Positions 1 through 8,693 of a DNA stretch of 64,000 nucleotides are shown here, one piece after another; the stretch's first letter is position 1, and each line of letters starts with the position of its first letter. This DNA comes from Candidatus Shapirobacteria bacterium (GTDB taxonomy: Bacteria; Patescibacteriota; Microgenomatia; UBA12405; UBA6130): positions 1,093-65,092 of the forward strand of contig JALWDZ010000026.1 in assembly GCA_027039485.1 (NCBI GenBank), written 5' to 3'. The notes below the pieces were generated by a model that saw only the letters and a program-made list of their open reading frames with translations, had not been told where the DNA came from and searched no databases. A program made the position numbers and the translations under genes.

Positions 1-64
1 CGCCAAGAGACAAGTTGGGAATACTATCCCCGCGGAGGAGAGGTTTTTCTTTTGATTTAATCTT

Positions 65-1240
65 TTAAATTACCTCGTATTCCTTTGCTAGGTTGTCCAA
101 AGTGTTAGTTCGAATAGCCTGGCGAATGCGTCTCATAAGAGTAGTGTAAAAGAAAAGATTGTGATAAGTAGCTAAACGGTAAGCTAGCAGCTCGCGATTT
201 TTAAAAAGATGATGCAAATAAGCCCGACTGTAGTTTTGGCAGGTATAGCAAGAGCAGCTGGAATCTAAAGGGCGCTTATCAGCAGCAAATTTCTTTTTGG
301 TAATATCTAAGTACCAAGGGCGTTGTTTTATCATTATTTTGCCCATACGGGCAAATCTGGTGGGAAGAACACAATCAAAGGTGTCCACGCCCAGGCGAAC
401 AAAATCAAAAATATCGTCAATTTCGCCAACTCCCAAAAGATGGCGGGGTTTATTTTCTGGTAATTCCGGCATAATCCAATTAACAGCCTCTCTCATTTTC
501 TCCTTAGGTTCACCTACAGAAACTCCGCCAATGGCAAAACCATCAACCGAAAATTGCCGTAGGAAACGCGCAGATTGTTGTCGTAGACGGCGATAATAGC
601 TTCCTTGGACAATACCAAAGAACAGCGGGGGAGAAGCTGATGAACGAATTTGATCCTGGTAATATGTCCAAGATTTTCGGAACCAGATATTAGTCCGCCG
701 AAGGGAAGCTCGAGCCTCGCTAGGGGTTAATGGGTAGGGCGAACAATCATCAAGAGGCAAAACTATATCACTGCCAAGGTTTAATTGGATAGCTATTGAT
801 TTTTCCGGTGTTAAAAAATGAATACTGCCATCCAGATGAGAGCGAAATTTTGCCCCCTGGTCAGTTATTTGCAAAAGTTTGCCTGCTCCAACAAGATTGT
901 CATGAGGTGAAAAACTCGCCCGCCCAAGACTAAAAACCTGAAAGCCGCCAGAATCAGTGATAATGGGGCCATCCCAATGACTAAATTGGTTAAGCCCACC
1001 GAGGCTAGCAATAATTTCATCGCCCGGCGAAAGCCAAAGATGGTAAGTGTTAGCAAAATAAATTTGTACTCCCAATTTTTTTAGTTCTTCGGGAATTAAA
1101 CTTTTAACCGTTCCTTTAGTGCCCACAGGAATAAATGCCGGAGTTTCTATCGTCCCATGGGAGGTAAAAAGCTGTCCTAGGCGCGCCCCTGAAGGAAGCT
1201 GTTTTTTTAAATGCCAACGATTCCTAGTTTGCGTTCTCAT
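65..1240 (-). CDS. tgt: queuine tRNA-ribosyltransferase (tRNA-guanine transglycosylase)
   Basis: Zn-binding CxCxxC...H signature (CSCYTCQNYSRAYLHHL), conserved LGVGEIDD...DTFDCVLPTR region, length 391 aa. Confidence 0.85.
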   Translation of the reverse strand: MRTQTRNRWHLKKQLPSGARLGQLFTSHGTIETPAFIPVGTKGTVKSLIPEELKKLGVQIYFANTYHLWLSPGDEIIASLGGLNQFSHWDGPIITDSGGFQVFSLGRASFSPHDNLVGAGKLLQITDQGAKFRSHLDGSIHFLTPEKSIAIQLNLGSDIVLPLDDCSPYPLTPSEARASLRRTNIWFRKSWTYYQDQIRSSASPPLFFGIVQGSYYRRLRQQSARFLRQFSVDGFAIGGVSVGEPKEKMREAVNWIMPELPENKPRHLLGVGEIDDIFDFVRLGVDTFDCVLPTRFARMGKIMIKQRPWYLDITKKKFAADKRPLDSSCSCYTCQNYSRAYLHHLFKNRELLAYRLATYHNLFFYTTLMRRIRQAIRTNTLDNLAKEYEVI

Positions 1241-1284
1241 GGCCTCTTTAGTTATAATAGTCTTGGTTTTATTATAACGGAAGA

Positions 1285-1357
1285 GGGCGGTTAGCTCAGC
1301 TGGTAGAGCGCTCGCTTGACGTGCGAAAGGTCAGAGGTTCGAGTCCTCTACCGCCCA
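1285..1357 (+). tRNA. tRNA-Val (anticodon GAC)
   Basis: Hand-folded cloverleaf: acceptor GGGCGGT/ACCGCCC, D-arm GCTCAGCTGGTAGAGC, anticodon loop TTGACGT, T-loop GGTTCGAGTCC. Confidence 0.7.
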
Positions 1358-1361
1358 CTCG

Positions 1362-1437
1362 GCCAGGGTAGCCAAGGTGGTCACGGCACGGGTCTGAAAA
1401 ACCTGGGATCTCGGTTCGACTCCGAGCCCTGGCACCA
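1362..1437 (+). tRNA. tRNA-Phe (anticodon GAA), CCA encoded
   Basis: Acceptor GCCAGGG/CCCTGGC, anticodon stem CGGGT/ACCTG with loop CTGAAAA, T-loop TTCGACT, 3' ACCA. Confidence 0.75.
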
Positions 1438-1439
1438 AA

Positions 1440-1510
1440 GCGGGATTAGTTGAGTGGCTCAACACCACCCTTCCAAGGTGGAAACACGGGTTCGAATCCC
1501 GTATCCCGCT
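1440..1510 (+). tRNA. tRNA-Gly (anticodon TCC)
   Basis: Acceptor GCGGGAT/ATCCCGC, anticodon stem CCACC/GGTGG loop CTTCCAA, T-loop TTCGAAT. Confidence 0.75.
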
Positions 1511-1516
1511 CTTGAC

Positions 1517-1592
1517 GCGACGGTAGTTCAGCTGGTAGAACGTCTCGTTGCCAACGAGAAGGTCGGGGGTTCGAGTCCCCTCCGTCGCTCCA
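1517..1592 (+). tRNA. tRNA-Gly (anticodon GCC), CCA encoded
   Basis: Acceptor GCGACGG/CCGTCGC, anticodon stem TCTCG/CGAGA loop TTGCCAA, T-loop TTCGAGT. Confidence 0.75.
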
Positions 1593-1593
1593 A

Positions 1594-1664
1594 TCGGGGA
1601 TCGTCTAATGGTAGGACAGTGGCCTTTGGAGCCACGAATCGTGGTTCGAATCCACGTCCCCGAA
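1594..1664 (+). tRNA. tRNA-Gln (anticodon TTG)
   Basis: U1-A72 acceptor TCGGGGA/TCCCCGA typical of bacterial tRNA-Gln, anticodon stem GTGGC/GCCAC loop CTTTGGA, T-loop TTCGAAT. Confidence 0.7.
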
Positions 1665-1672
1665 CCCGATTG

Positions 1673-1745
1673 GCACCCGTAGCTCAATTGGCAGAGCACC
1701 CGCCTCTTAAGCGGATGGTTGGGGGTTCGATTCCCTCCGGGTGCA
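1673..1745 (+). tRNA. tRNA-Lys (anticodon CTT)
   Basis: Acceptor GCACCCG/CGGGTGC, D-arm GCTCAATTGGCAGAGC, anticodon loop CTCTTAA, T-loop GGGGGTTCGATTCCCTC. Confidence 0.7.
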
Positions 1746-1753
1746 CCCAAAAT

Positions 1754-2068
1754 CTAAAAGACAGTCGGGTGAGGGGTAACAAAAATTTCCCATTTAATCG
1801 CCGGGAAAGCAAAATTTTTTTGTTCTTCTAATAAATCTTCAGCTTTTTGCCGATAAGAAGGCGTGGGGGTGGATAACAAGATTGAAGATGGCGTGGCAAT
1901 CTTTTGGTAGTTTTTGCCTGTTTGCTGGGTTTTTTTGCCATAATCGATCAAAATTAATAATATAAGCAAGAAAACAAGTACTGCAAAACTTCCCAAAAGA
2001 ACCCTAGCAAATTTTTTTGTGCTAGTTTTTTTGTTCGTTTCTTGATTTTCTTCCCAATCTTGCCACAT
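1754..2068 (-). CDS. hypothetical small membrane protein (single TM)
   Basis: ORF with one hydrophobic helix (FAVLVFLLILLILI); no recognisable family. Confidence 0.3.
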   Translation of the reverse strand: MWQDWEENQETNKKTSTKKFARVLLGSFAVLVFLLILLILIDYGKKTQQTGKNYQKIATPSSILLSTPTPSYRQKAEDLLEEQKNFAFPAIKWEIFVTPHPTVF

Positions 2069-2070
2069 TT

Positions 2071-2847
2071 TTATAATTGCGTTAAATTAATAATCTCTTT
2101 TTCTAAGTCTTGATACCTTTCAATGTAGACATTATAGTCGTTAACCATTTTCTTAAGCATTCTTTCTTGATCGGTAAAATAATCAGAAAAGTTTTCTGCC
2201 TCACTTAACTGTTGGAGCAATTGTAAAACTAATTGCGTTTTCTTTTCCCGTTCGCCGTCCAGACGCTGCAATGCTAAACTATAAGCGCTTTTCTTTTTTG
2301 CTGGCAAAAGGGCAATTTCCTTTTTAAGAGTAAGAGACCATAGATTGAATAGTTTGTCGAGATTGCTTATAAAAACATAATCGCCGATTAAAACAGCACT
2401 CTTTTGCAAATTATTTTTTTGCTTGACCGTTTCTTGGCTAATCGTATTTAGCTGGTCAAAAGTGGTTGCCTGATGGAGTTGGCGTGCTTGCCGAATCAAA
2501 AAATCTTTACGGAGCGCTATTTGTTTCTTTAATTTCATTTCTAGAGCTACGTTCTTAGCATTATTAGCTGCCTCTAAATTTACTTTTAAATAATCAAAAT
2601 AAGCTAACAAGACTTCGTTGCGAGCCAGAAGCACTGTTTGCTCTGCCTTAATGGCTTGGGCTTGATTAGCCAAAGTGGGCAGTTGGTAGTAAAGCCCAGC
2701 CGCCTTTAAGAAATGCTCATACTCTCTTTGGTAGGCGTCGAGGCGGAGGAGATAGGCATTTCTGGCTGGAGAAGCAAAAGCGGCCAAACTAGAGCTGAAG
2801 AATAAAAGCAGAAGACCGACAGTGAAAAACTTTTTCATCTTCTTCAT
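2071..2847 (-). CDS. hypothetical secreted coiled-coil protein
   Basis: Signal peptide MKKMKKFFTVGLLLLFFSSSLAAFA, Lys/Leu/Gln-rich helical repeats. The start was trimmed to MKKMKK because the longer ORF (to 2916) runs into tRNA-Leu. Confidence 0.4.
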   Translation of the reverse strand: MKKMKKFFTVGLLLLFFSSSLAAFASPARNAYLLRLDAYQREYEHFLKAAGLYYQLPTLANQAQAIKAEQTVLLARNEVLLAYFDYLKVNLEAANNAKNVALEMKLKKQIALRKDFLIRQARQLHQATTFDQLNTISQETVKQKNNLQKSAVLIGDYVFISNLDKLFNLWSLTLKKEIALLPAKKKSAYSLALQRLDGEREKKTQLVLQLLQQLSEAENFSDYFTDQERMLKKMVNDYNVYIERYQDLEKEIINLTQL

Positions 2848-2873
2848 GATAACATTTTCGGAATAAGGGGAAT

Positions 2874-2959
2874 TGGTGCCGAGGGGGGGATTTGAACCCC
2901 CACGCCTTTTGGGCACAGCCTCCTCAAGACTGCGTGTCTACCAATTCCACCACCTCGGC
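2874..2959 (-). tRNA. tRNA-Leu (anticodon GAG), type II with long variable arm, CCA encoded
   Basis: Reverse complement folds: acceptor GCCGAGG/CCTCGGC, anticodon stem CAGTC/GGCTG loop TTGAGGA, long variable arm, T-loop GGTTCAAATCC. Confidence 0.7.
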
Positions 2960-2987
2960 TTTCCTTTTATTCTAACATTTTATTTAG

Positions 2988-3070
2988 TGCCAGAGGGGGG
3001 AGTCGAACCCCCACGGCCAATGGCCACACGGTCCTAAGCCGTGCCTGTCTGCCAATTCCAGCACTCTGGC
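2988..3070 (-). tRNA. tRNA-Leu (anticodon TAG), type II
   Basis: Reverse complement folds: acceptor GCCAGAG/CTCTGGC, anticodon stem CACGG/CCGTG loop CTTAGGA, variable arm TGGCCATTGGCCG, T-loop GGTTCGACTCC. Confidence 0.7.
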
Positions 3071-3112
3071 GCTTAATTAATTGTAGCATTTGGGAGAAGC
3101 CTTCCTTATGCT

Positions 3113-3637
3113 TTATTCTGTGGTTAACAAATTCATAAAACGCCGCACGGCATTACCCCAATAAGGACAAGGCGGGGCATAAATTCGGCCAATAGCTTCT
3201 GGTGTTGTTAGGCCGCGAGCATAATAAACGTCAGCCAAATATTTGCTCATAAAAAGAATTGACTTGTGCCAATTTGGAAATGCATAGTACCCGCCCAAAT
3301 AACCATAGGCATTATAGGTGTGGGGAATCATTAGATGACCAAAATTTGACTCTAAACCACTAATAGCCGGCAATAAGCGCCAATCAAGATGATAATAATC
3401 AGCAGCAGCCACGAGGTCGCCGGCAAACGGAGCCAAGGGAGACTGTCGGCTTTTTAGAAAACGATAGAGGAGCAAACTTCTTGGGTTTTCTTTTAAAAGG
3501 GTCGTTGTCTTCTTGAATCGTAATTGAGCCGATGCTTCTTGTTGGCTGACCATAAGAGGCTCTGCCCTAACCGGAGTTAGAGCAGCAAGAAATAGACCGA
3601 TGCCCAAAAGAGTGAAAAAGAAAAATTTTTTGGCCAT
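3113..3637 (-). CDS. secreted lysozyme-like / lytic transglycosylase-like protein
   Basis: Signal peptide, then LLPAISGLESNFG (the E-S motif of family-1 lytic transglycosylases). The C-terminus is conserved with the paralog at 4500..5141. Confidence 0.45.
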   Translation of the reverse strand: MAKKFFFFTLLGIGLFLAALTPVRAEPLMVSQQEASAQLRFKKTTTLLKENPRSLLLYRFLKSRQSPLAPFAGDLVAAADYYHLDWRLLPAISGLESNFGHLMIPHTYNAYGYLGGYYAFPNWHKSILFMSKYLADVYYARGLTTPEAIGRIYAPPCPYWGNAVRRFMNLLTTE

Positions 3638-3726
3638 AAAAAAATCCCAGAGTCCACCCTTTAATCAGGTCAACCCCAGGATCTGATTGTATTATAGTAC
3701 CATCTTATAATTTTGTCAAGAGGGAT

Positions 3727-4509
3727 TTACGACAAAGGTTTTTGAAAAAGAAAAAAGATACTAGGACCAAAATACATATGTCCTAATAAGGGCTGAGTGC
3801 TATTTTCTAGAGCGAAGAGTAATTGAGAAGGCAAATGATGCTTAAGCCATGGATGGCGCAAATTAGAAACGGAAAGGGTGGCTTGCAAATTCCACCCCGC
3901 TGCTCGCGCCTCTTTCTTTACCTTCCCTGGCGAATGGTTCCAAAAGGCAATCACTTTGTTGTTTTGCCGCGATGGCGATCGGCGGTCTACAGATGCATTA
4001 TTAAAATAGGTTAAATGCCCCCGGAATAGCTGGCGCACAACTTGACGAAAGTTAAATTTATTGGGCGCTTCCAAAATAAGAAAACCACCGGGTGTAGTTG
4101 CCTGCCAGAGAAGATGGAAAACATGAGCAAGATTTTCTAAATGATGCAAAACACGAATTAATAAAACAATATCGAAAGAGGGAGCAAATTGCGATAAGGT
4201 TTCTATGTCACCTTGTTGATAGCGAAAATTTTTAAAACCTGCTAAATAAACTTGGCCTTGCTTAATAAGTTTATCAGCCGGTTCTAGGAGTAAAGCTTCT
4301 TTTATACGCGGCAAATAAAACTTAGCCAGACGACCAAAGCCGGCCCCAACATCTAAAAGAGTTTTTTCTTTGAGAGGGCCAGAAGAATTCTGAATTTGGT
4401 TGAAAAAGCGTTCTAAGGCTCGCTGCTCGGCCCAGTTTTCATATTGGCGACTCTGCCAATAGTCTTGATAGTCAAAATCCGGATCGTTATAAAACGGGGT
4501 CAGCGCCAT
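3727..4509 (-). CDS. class I SAM-dependent methyltransferase
   Basis: Motif I LLDVGAGFGRLA, then acidic motif II (LLEPAD) and FDIVLLIRVLHHL. Confidence 0.7.
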   Translation of the reverse strand: MALTPFYNDPDFDYQDYWQSRQYENWAEQRALERFFNQIQNSSGPLKEKTLLDVGAGFGRLAKFYLPRIKEALLLEPADKLIKQGQVYLAGFKNFRYQQGDIETLSQFAPSFDIVLLIRVLHHLENLAHVFHLLWQATTPGGFLILEAPNKFNFRQVVRQLFRGHLTYFNNASVDRRSPSRQNNKVIAFWNHSPGKVKKEARAAGWNLQATLSVSNLRHPWLKHHLPSQLLFALENSTQPLLGHMYFGPSIFFLFQKPLS

Positions 4510-5141
4510 TGGCCAGTGGTTAGCTCTTCCATAAACTGTCGCACTCCAAACGCCCAGGACCCCTTAGATGGGGGAGTATAACGGGCCATAATTTCTTCCG
4601 GGGAGGTCAAGCCTTTGTCTAAATAATCTCTTTTTAATCCTCGGGCGACAGTCTGAATCGCCTCTGGGTAAGAATGAAAACGGGTTACCTTGTGCCCATA
4701 AATCCCCCAGCCCCAGCAATTATATGAATTTGGCGGAGCTTTTTTGCATAAATTAGACTCTTGCTGAGCAATGGCGACTAAAAGTCGATAGTCGAGGCCA
4801 AGCTTTTGCGAAACGTCAAAAATATAGCGAGCATAAGGCGCCAGGGGAGAATGGTAGTATTCTAAATATTTTTGCAGCAAAATAGGACGAGCATCTCCGG
4901 CCACAATGTAATGATCAGTCTGGGGAGGTTTTTCTGATTCTTGCCAAGAAGCTAGGGCTGGCAAGTTGCCAAAAGTAAAAAAAACCGCTTGAGCATTGTT
5001 TTGCCGAGACCGGGCGGTAAACAAAGTTAAAAAGAAGATTTCTCCGCCTAACAAAAAAGCCAGCAACGGGAAAAAAACTCCCACCGCCCAAATCTTTTTT
5101 CTCATTTTCTCCATCTTGGCATATTTCTCTTTTTCTGTCAA
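4500..5141 (-). CDS. secreted lytic transglycosylase-like protein (paralog of 3113..3637)
   Basis: N-terminal TM/signal, LLVAIAQQESNLCK (LT family-1 catalytic E-S motif), shared C-terminal ...TPP...FMEELTT block. Confidence 0.5.
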   Translation of the reverse strand: MTEKEKYAKMEKMRKKIWAVGVFFPLLAFLLGGEIFFLTLFTARSRQNNAQAVFFTFGNLPALASWQESEKPPQTDHYIVAGDARPILLQKYLEYYHSPLAPYARYIFDVSQKLGLDYRLLVAIAQQESNLCKKAPPNSYNCWGWGIYGHKVTRFHSYPEAIQTVARGLKRDYLDKGLTSPEEIMARYTPPSKGSWAFGVRQFMEELTTGQWR

Positions 5142-5166
5142 TCTGTTGTGATAGACTTAAGGAGAA

Positions 5167-6240
5167 ATGAGGTTTGTGCGTAGCGTTTTACTACTAGTGG
5201 GGACCACCTTAGGGGCTGGCATTTTTGCTTTGCCTTACTTTTTTGCCCAATCCGGTTGGTTACCTAGTTTGCTTGGCATCATTCTTTTAACTAGCCTCAC
5301 TGTCGCCATAAATATTTATTACGCCCAAGTGGTTTTGGCCACTTCAGATGGTCACCAACTCGGCTATTATGCCCAAAAATACTTAGGAAATAAGGCTCGC
5401 CTTTTGGCTCTGCTAGCCCTGGGAGGAACTTTAAGCGGAGCAATTCTTATCTACACCATCCTTGGGGGTTCATTTTTAACCATTATTTTTCCTTCGTTGT
5501 CTCCTTTTATGGGCCGCTTGCTGTTTCTAACTTTGGCTCTTTTTGCCTTTCAGGGCCATCTCCGTCGCCTGAGTATCATCGAGGCTATCTTGACCGCTTT
5601 TCTGATTATTTTGGCCCTTTCCTTTCCCATCTTGGGTTTCCGCCACTTTCAGCCAAAAAACCTCAGTCTCTTAGGCTCCCACCCCTTAGCATTTTATGGC
5701 CCTCTCCTTTTTGCCCTATCAGGGCTAACAATTATCCCCGAAATGAAGGAAATTCTTCAGAGTCGGCAACAAATTTTAATTAAAGCAATTACCAGCGGTA
5801 CTATTATTGTGGCTTTGATAAACCTTATTTTTAGTTTTTCTGTTTGGGCCCTTGTTAAGCCCACAAACGACATTCTGATTGCTCTCCAAGCAACATTCCC
5901 CACCTTGGGGATTTTAGCGGCCATTATGGGAGTGCTTTCTTGTTTTACCTCCTTTTTAGGTTTGAGCGAAGTGCTAAATAGTATTTTTCAAGAAATCGGG
6001 CTTTCGCTTAACCAGGCCCATGCCTTAAACATCCTAATTCCCTTAGCAGGGCTTTTTCTCCCTTTGGCGTTTTTGGGCGATATTTTGGACTTTAGCGGAG
6101 CCTTGGGGCTAGGAATTATCAACATCCTGGTGATTTTAATTTACTGGCGTCTTAAAAAGGGCCGGTTATCCTTCTGGCTTTTACTGACTTTACTTTTCTT
6201 TATTTTAGGTTTGGCCGAACCTTTTCGGCACCTTTTCTAA
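5167..6240 (+). CDS. amino-acid permease-like polytopic membrane transporter
   Basis: About 10-11 TM helices; N-terminal GTTLGAGIFALP motif typical of amino-acid transporter families. Confidence 0.5.
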   Translation: MRFVRSVLLLVGTTLGAGIFALPYFFAQSGWLPSLLGIILLTSLTVAINIYYAQVVLATSDGHQLGYYAQKYLGNKARLLALLALGGTLSGAILIYTILGGSFLTIIFPSLSPFMGRLLFLTLALFAFQGHLRRLSIIEAILTAFLIILALSFPILGFRHFQPKNLSLLGSHPLAFYGPLLFALSGLTIIPEMKEILQSRQQILIKAITSGTIIVALINLIFSFSVWALVKPTNDILIALQATFPTLGILAAIMGVLSCFTSFLGLSEVLNSIFQEIGLSLNQAHALNILIPLAGLFLPLAFLGDILDFSGALGLGIINILVILIYWRLKKGRLSFWLLLTLLFFILGLAEPFRHLF

Positions 6241-7480
6241 GCTGATGCTGGAAAAATTTCAATAAAGCATCTAGAGAATATTCCTTTTGTTCCCTTGCCT
6301 GAAGATCCTTTAAAAGGACAGTTTTTTTCTTTGCTTCTTCTGGGCCAAGAATTAGTAAATAGCGAATATTTCGGGCAACAGCATAATTAATTTGTGCCTT
6401 TAGTTTTCTTTGGCCACCTAAATAAATTTCTCCCGAAGTACCTTCTTGTCGCAATCTTTGGATCAAGCGCCATGTTTCCGAGATCGTTTCCGGGAAAAAA
6501 GCAGCTAAAACTAAAGGTTGGAGGGCAACATTTGGCCAAATATTCTTCTCTTGAATAAGCACTAAAAGCCGATCTAGGCCCAAGCTACCGCCCACTGCCG
6601 GAGTAGGACGCCCTCCCAATTGGCCAATTAGCTTATCGTAACGGCCTCCTCCGGCCACCGAACCCAAGCGAGTCTCGGGAATAACAATTTCGAAAATCAT
6701 TCCCGTGTAGTAATCGAGCCCCCGCACTAAATAAGGATCAAATTGTACCTTTATTTCGCTAGCCGCACCCTCTTCGACCAGGCGAATAATTTCCTTTAAA
6801 TTGTCATCGGGTTGTAAATCAACAAAAATTTTTTCTAGCTGTTGTTGCTTTTCTTTTCCTATTCCTATTTGAGCCAATTCTCGTTGTAGAGCAGCTGGGC
6901 TAATTTTTTCTTTTTTATCAATAATCCTTAAAAGAGCAAGCTGTTGCTCCGGCGTAACGATACCCGCATTTCCTAATGCCTGGGTTAAAATTGATCGCCC
7001 ATTAATTTTTAAAACCAGCCGGTCAAACCCTAACGCTTCCAAAGCCGCTACCAAAGCAAGCAAAATTTCTGCGTCAGCTAGTGGCGAAACGCTACCAAAG
7101 GTATCAATATCGCATTGGGTAAATTCACGATAACGACCGCGCTGGGGTTTTTCAGCTCGGAAAACATTTTGGATTTGATAGCGCTTGAAGGGCATTTTTA
7201 ACTGGGGATTGCCAGCCAAAAAACGGCTCACCGGCACTGTCAGGTCATAGGGGAGACCTACCCGCCGCCCGCCACGGTCCTGAAAAATATAAAAAAGCTT
7301 TTCTGCTTCGGTTCCATACTTGCCCAGAAGAACATCAGCATATTCCAGGCCTGGTGTTTCCAAAGGCAAAAAACCAAAAAGGGAGAAAACCCGCCGGATT
7401 CGGGTTATCATTTCCCATTTGATAGCCGCTTCTCGCGGCCCTAAATCGCGAAAACCCTTTAGAGTCTTAGTTTGTTTCAT
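6200..7480 (-). CDS. hisS: histidine--tRNA ligase
   Basis: Class II aaRS motifs: RDLGPRE, GLDYYTGMIFE, GGGRYDKLIGQLGG. C-terminal anticodon-binding domain. Confidence 0.85.
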   Translation of the reverse strand: MKQTKTLKGFRDLGPREAAIKWEMITRIRRVFSLFGFLPLETPGLEYADVLLGKYGTEAEKLFYIFQDRGGRRVGLPYDLTVPVSRFLAGNPQLKMPFKRYQIQNVFRAEKPQRGRYREFTQCDIDTFGSVSPLADAEILLALVAALEALGFDRLVLKINGRSILTQALGNAGIVTPEQQLALLRIIDKKEKISPAALQRELAQIGIGKEKQQQLEKIFVDLQPDDNLKEIIRLVEEGAASEIKVQFDPYLVRGLDYYTGMIFEIVIPETRLGSVAGGGRYDKLIGQLGGRPTPAVGGSLGLDRLLVLIQEKNIWPNVALQPLVLAAFFPETISETWRLIQRLRQEGTSGEIYLGGQRKLKAQINYAVARNIRYLLILGPEEAKKKTVLLKDLQAREQKEYSLDALLKFFQHQLRKGAEKVRPNLK

Positions 7481-7499
7481 TTGTTCAAGTATATAACAT

Positions 7500-8630
7500 T
7501 TATTTTGCGCTCTTTTCTTTCAGCTTTTCTTTTACAAATTTTATTATCTTTTTTTGAAAGAGTTCTCTCCTAAAATTACGGGCCCAGGCGTAGCAATCTT
7601 CACTGGACCATTTTTTGTTTTCAAAATCTTTCACTGCTCGAATCAATGCTTGCCGGGTTAATCTTGTAAAGAACAAGCCGGTTTTGCCAGGAACTATAGT
7701 TTCCTTTACTCCTCCAGAATAATAGCCAATCGTGGGTGTGCCGTAAGCTGCCGCTTCCAGGGGCACCAAGCCTAAATCCTCGCTCTCCGCTGGGAAAATG
7801 ACTGCTTTTGCTTTTTGGTACAGGGTGGTTAAAGTTTTATCGGAAACATAACCCCGATACTCCAGAAAAGGCGCATCAGCAACCTCGTTAACTACCTGGC
7901 GGCGCAAGGGCCCATTGCCAACAATAATTAAACGCTTTCTTATTTCCTTAAATGCCCGGATGGCTAAAAGCGGGTGCTTATAAGAAACCAAACGGCTCAC
8001 ATATAGGTAAAAATCGTCTTTGGGAGTGCTCTTTGGCTTGTCGGGAAGCACAATAGGGGGATAAATGACTTTAGCTGGCCGGCGCCAAAATTTTTCTATT
8101 CTCTTGGCCACTTCTCGGGAATTCGCGATAAAGTAATCCACTCTCTGGCTCGAAATATAATCATAACTACGCAATTTATGGTTTACAAGCGAAGCATAAA
8201 TTTTTACCAGCCTGTTTTTTTGCCACTGCCTTGCTTGCGGGTATCCATAGAGAAACCGTGGGGGAGTATGGCAATAGCAAATATGTAGTGTTTTAGGCAG
8301 AGTTAAGACCCCCTTGCTCATTGCCCAAGCAGATGAAGAAAAAACTATCCGGTAATTTTTTAAATCAAAGCTTTCCCAAATATAAGGGAGAAGAAATCTT
8401 AAAGGTGAAATGAGTTTTTTGTTGGCGGGTAGTTTTTGGAACCAAGATGGTCGAATATCCCAACCAGTAAAAATATCCTTATGTTTAGTCAAAAATTTAG
8501 AGTCTGCTAAAGAGACAAAAACTGGGGCCTGGGGCCAAATTTGGTGCAGGGCTTGCAATACTCTTTCTGCCCCACCAAAAGTCATAAGATAATCATGCAC
8601 CAAAGCAATGTTAAATTTTGTTTTGTTCAC
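7500..8630 (-). CDS. glycosyltransferase family 1 (GT4-like)
   Basis: GT-B C-terminal E-x7-E motif (LEAAAYGTPTIGYYSGGVKETI). Confidence 0.7.
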   Translation of the reverse strand: MNKTKFNIALVHDYLMTFGGAERVLQALHQIWPQAPVFVSLADSKFLTKHKDIFTGWDIRPSWFQKLPANKKLISPLRFLLPYIWESFDLKNYRIVFSSSAWAMSKGVLTLPKTLHICYCHTPPRFLYGYPQARQWQKNRLVKIYASLVNHKLRSYDYISSQRVDYFIANSREVAKRIEKFWRRPAKVIYPPIVLPDKPKSTPKDDFYLYVSRLVSYKHPLLAIRAFKEIRKRLIIVGNGPLRRQVVNEVADAPFLEYRGYVSDKTLTTLYQKAKAVIFPAESEDLGLVPLEAAAYGTPTIGYYSGGVKETIVPGKTGLFFTRLTRQALIRAVKDFENKKWSSEDCYAWARNFRRELFQKKIIKFVKEKLKEKSAK

Positions 8631-8693
8631 AATAAATTAGATTATAAAATTACTGTTGACTTATTTTTGCTCTCAATGTAGACTATCATTACT

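Noticed and set aside
1331-1831. ORFs 1331..1750 (-) and 1454..1831 (+) lying across the tRNA array
   Set aside because: They fully overlap six tRNA genes and are GC-skewed artefacts of structured RNA sequence.
2848-2916. N-terminal extension of ORF 2071..2916 overlapping tRNA-Leu
   Set aside because: The extension MPKRRGGSNPPLGTNSPYSENVI is translated tRNA antisense; the real start is the downstream MKKMKK with a signal peptide.
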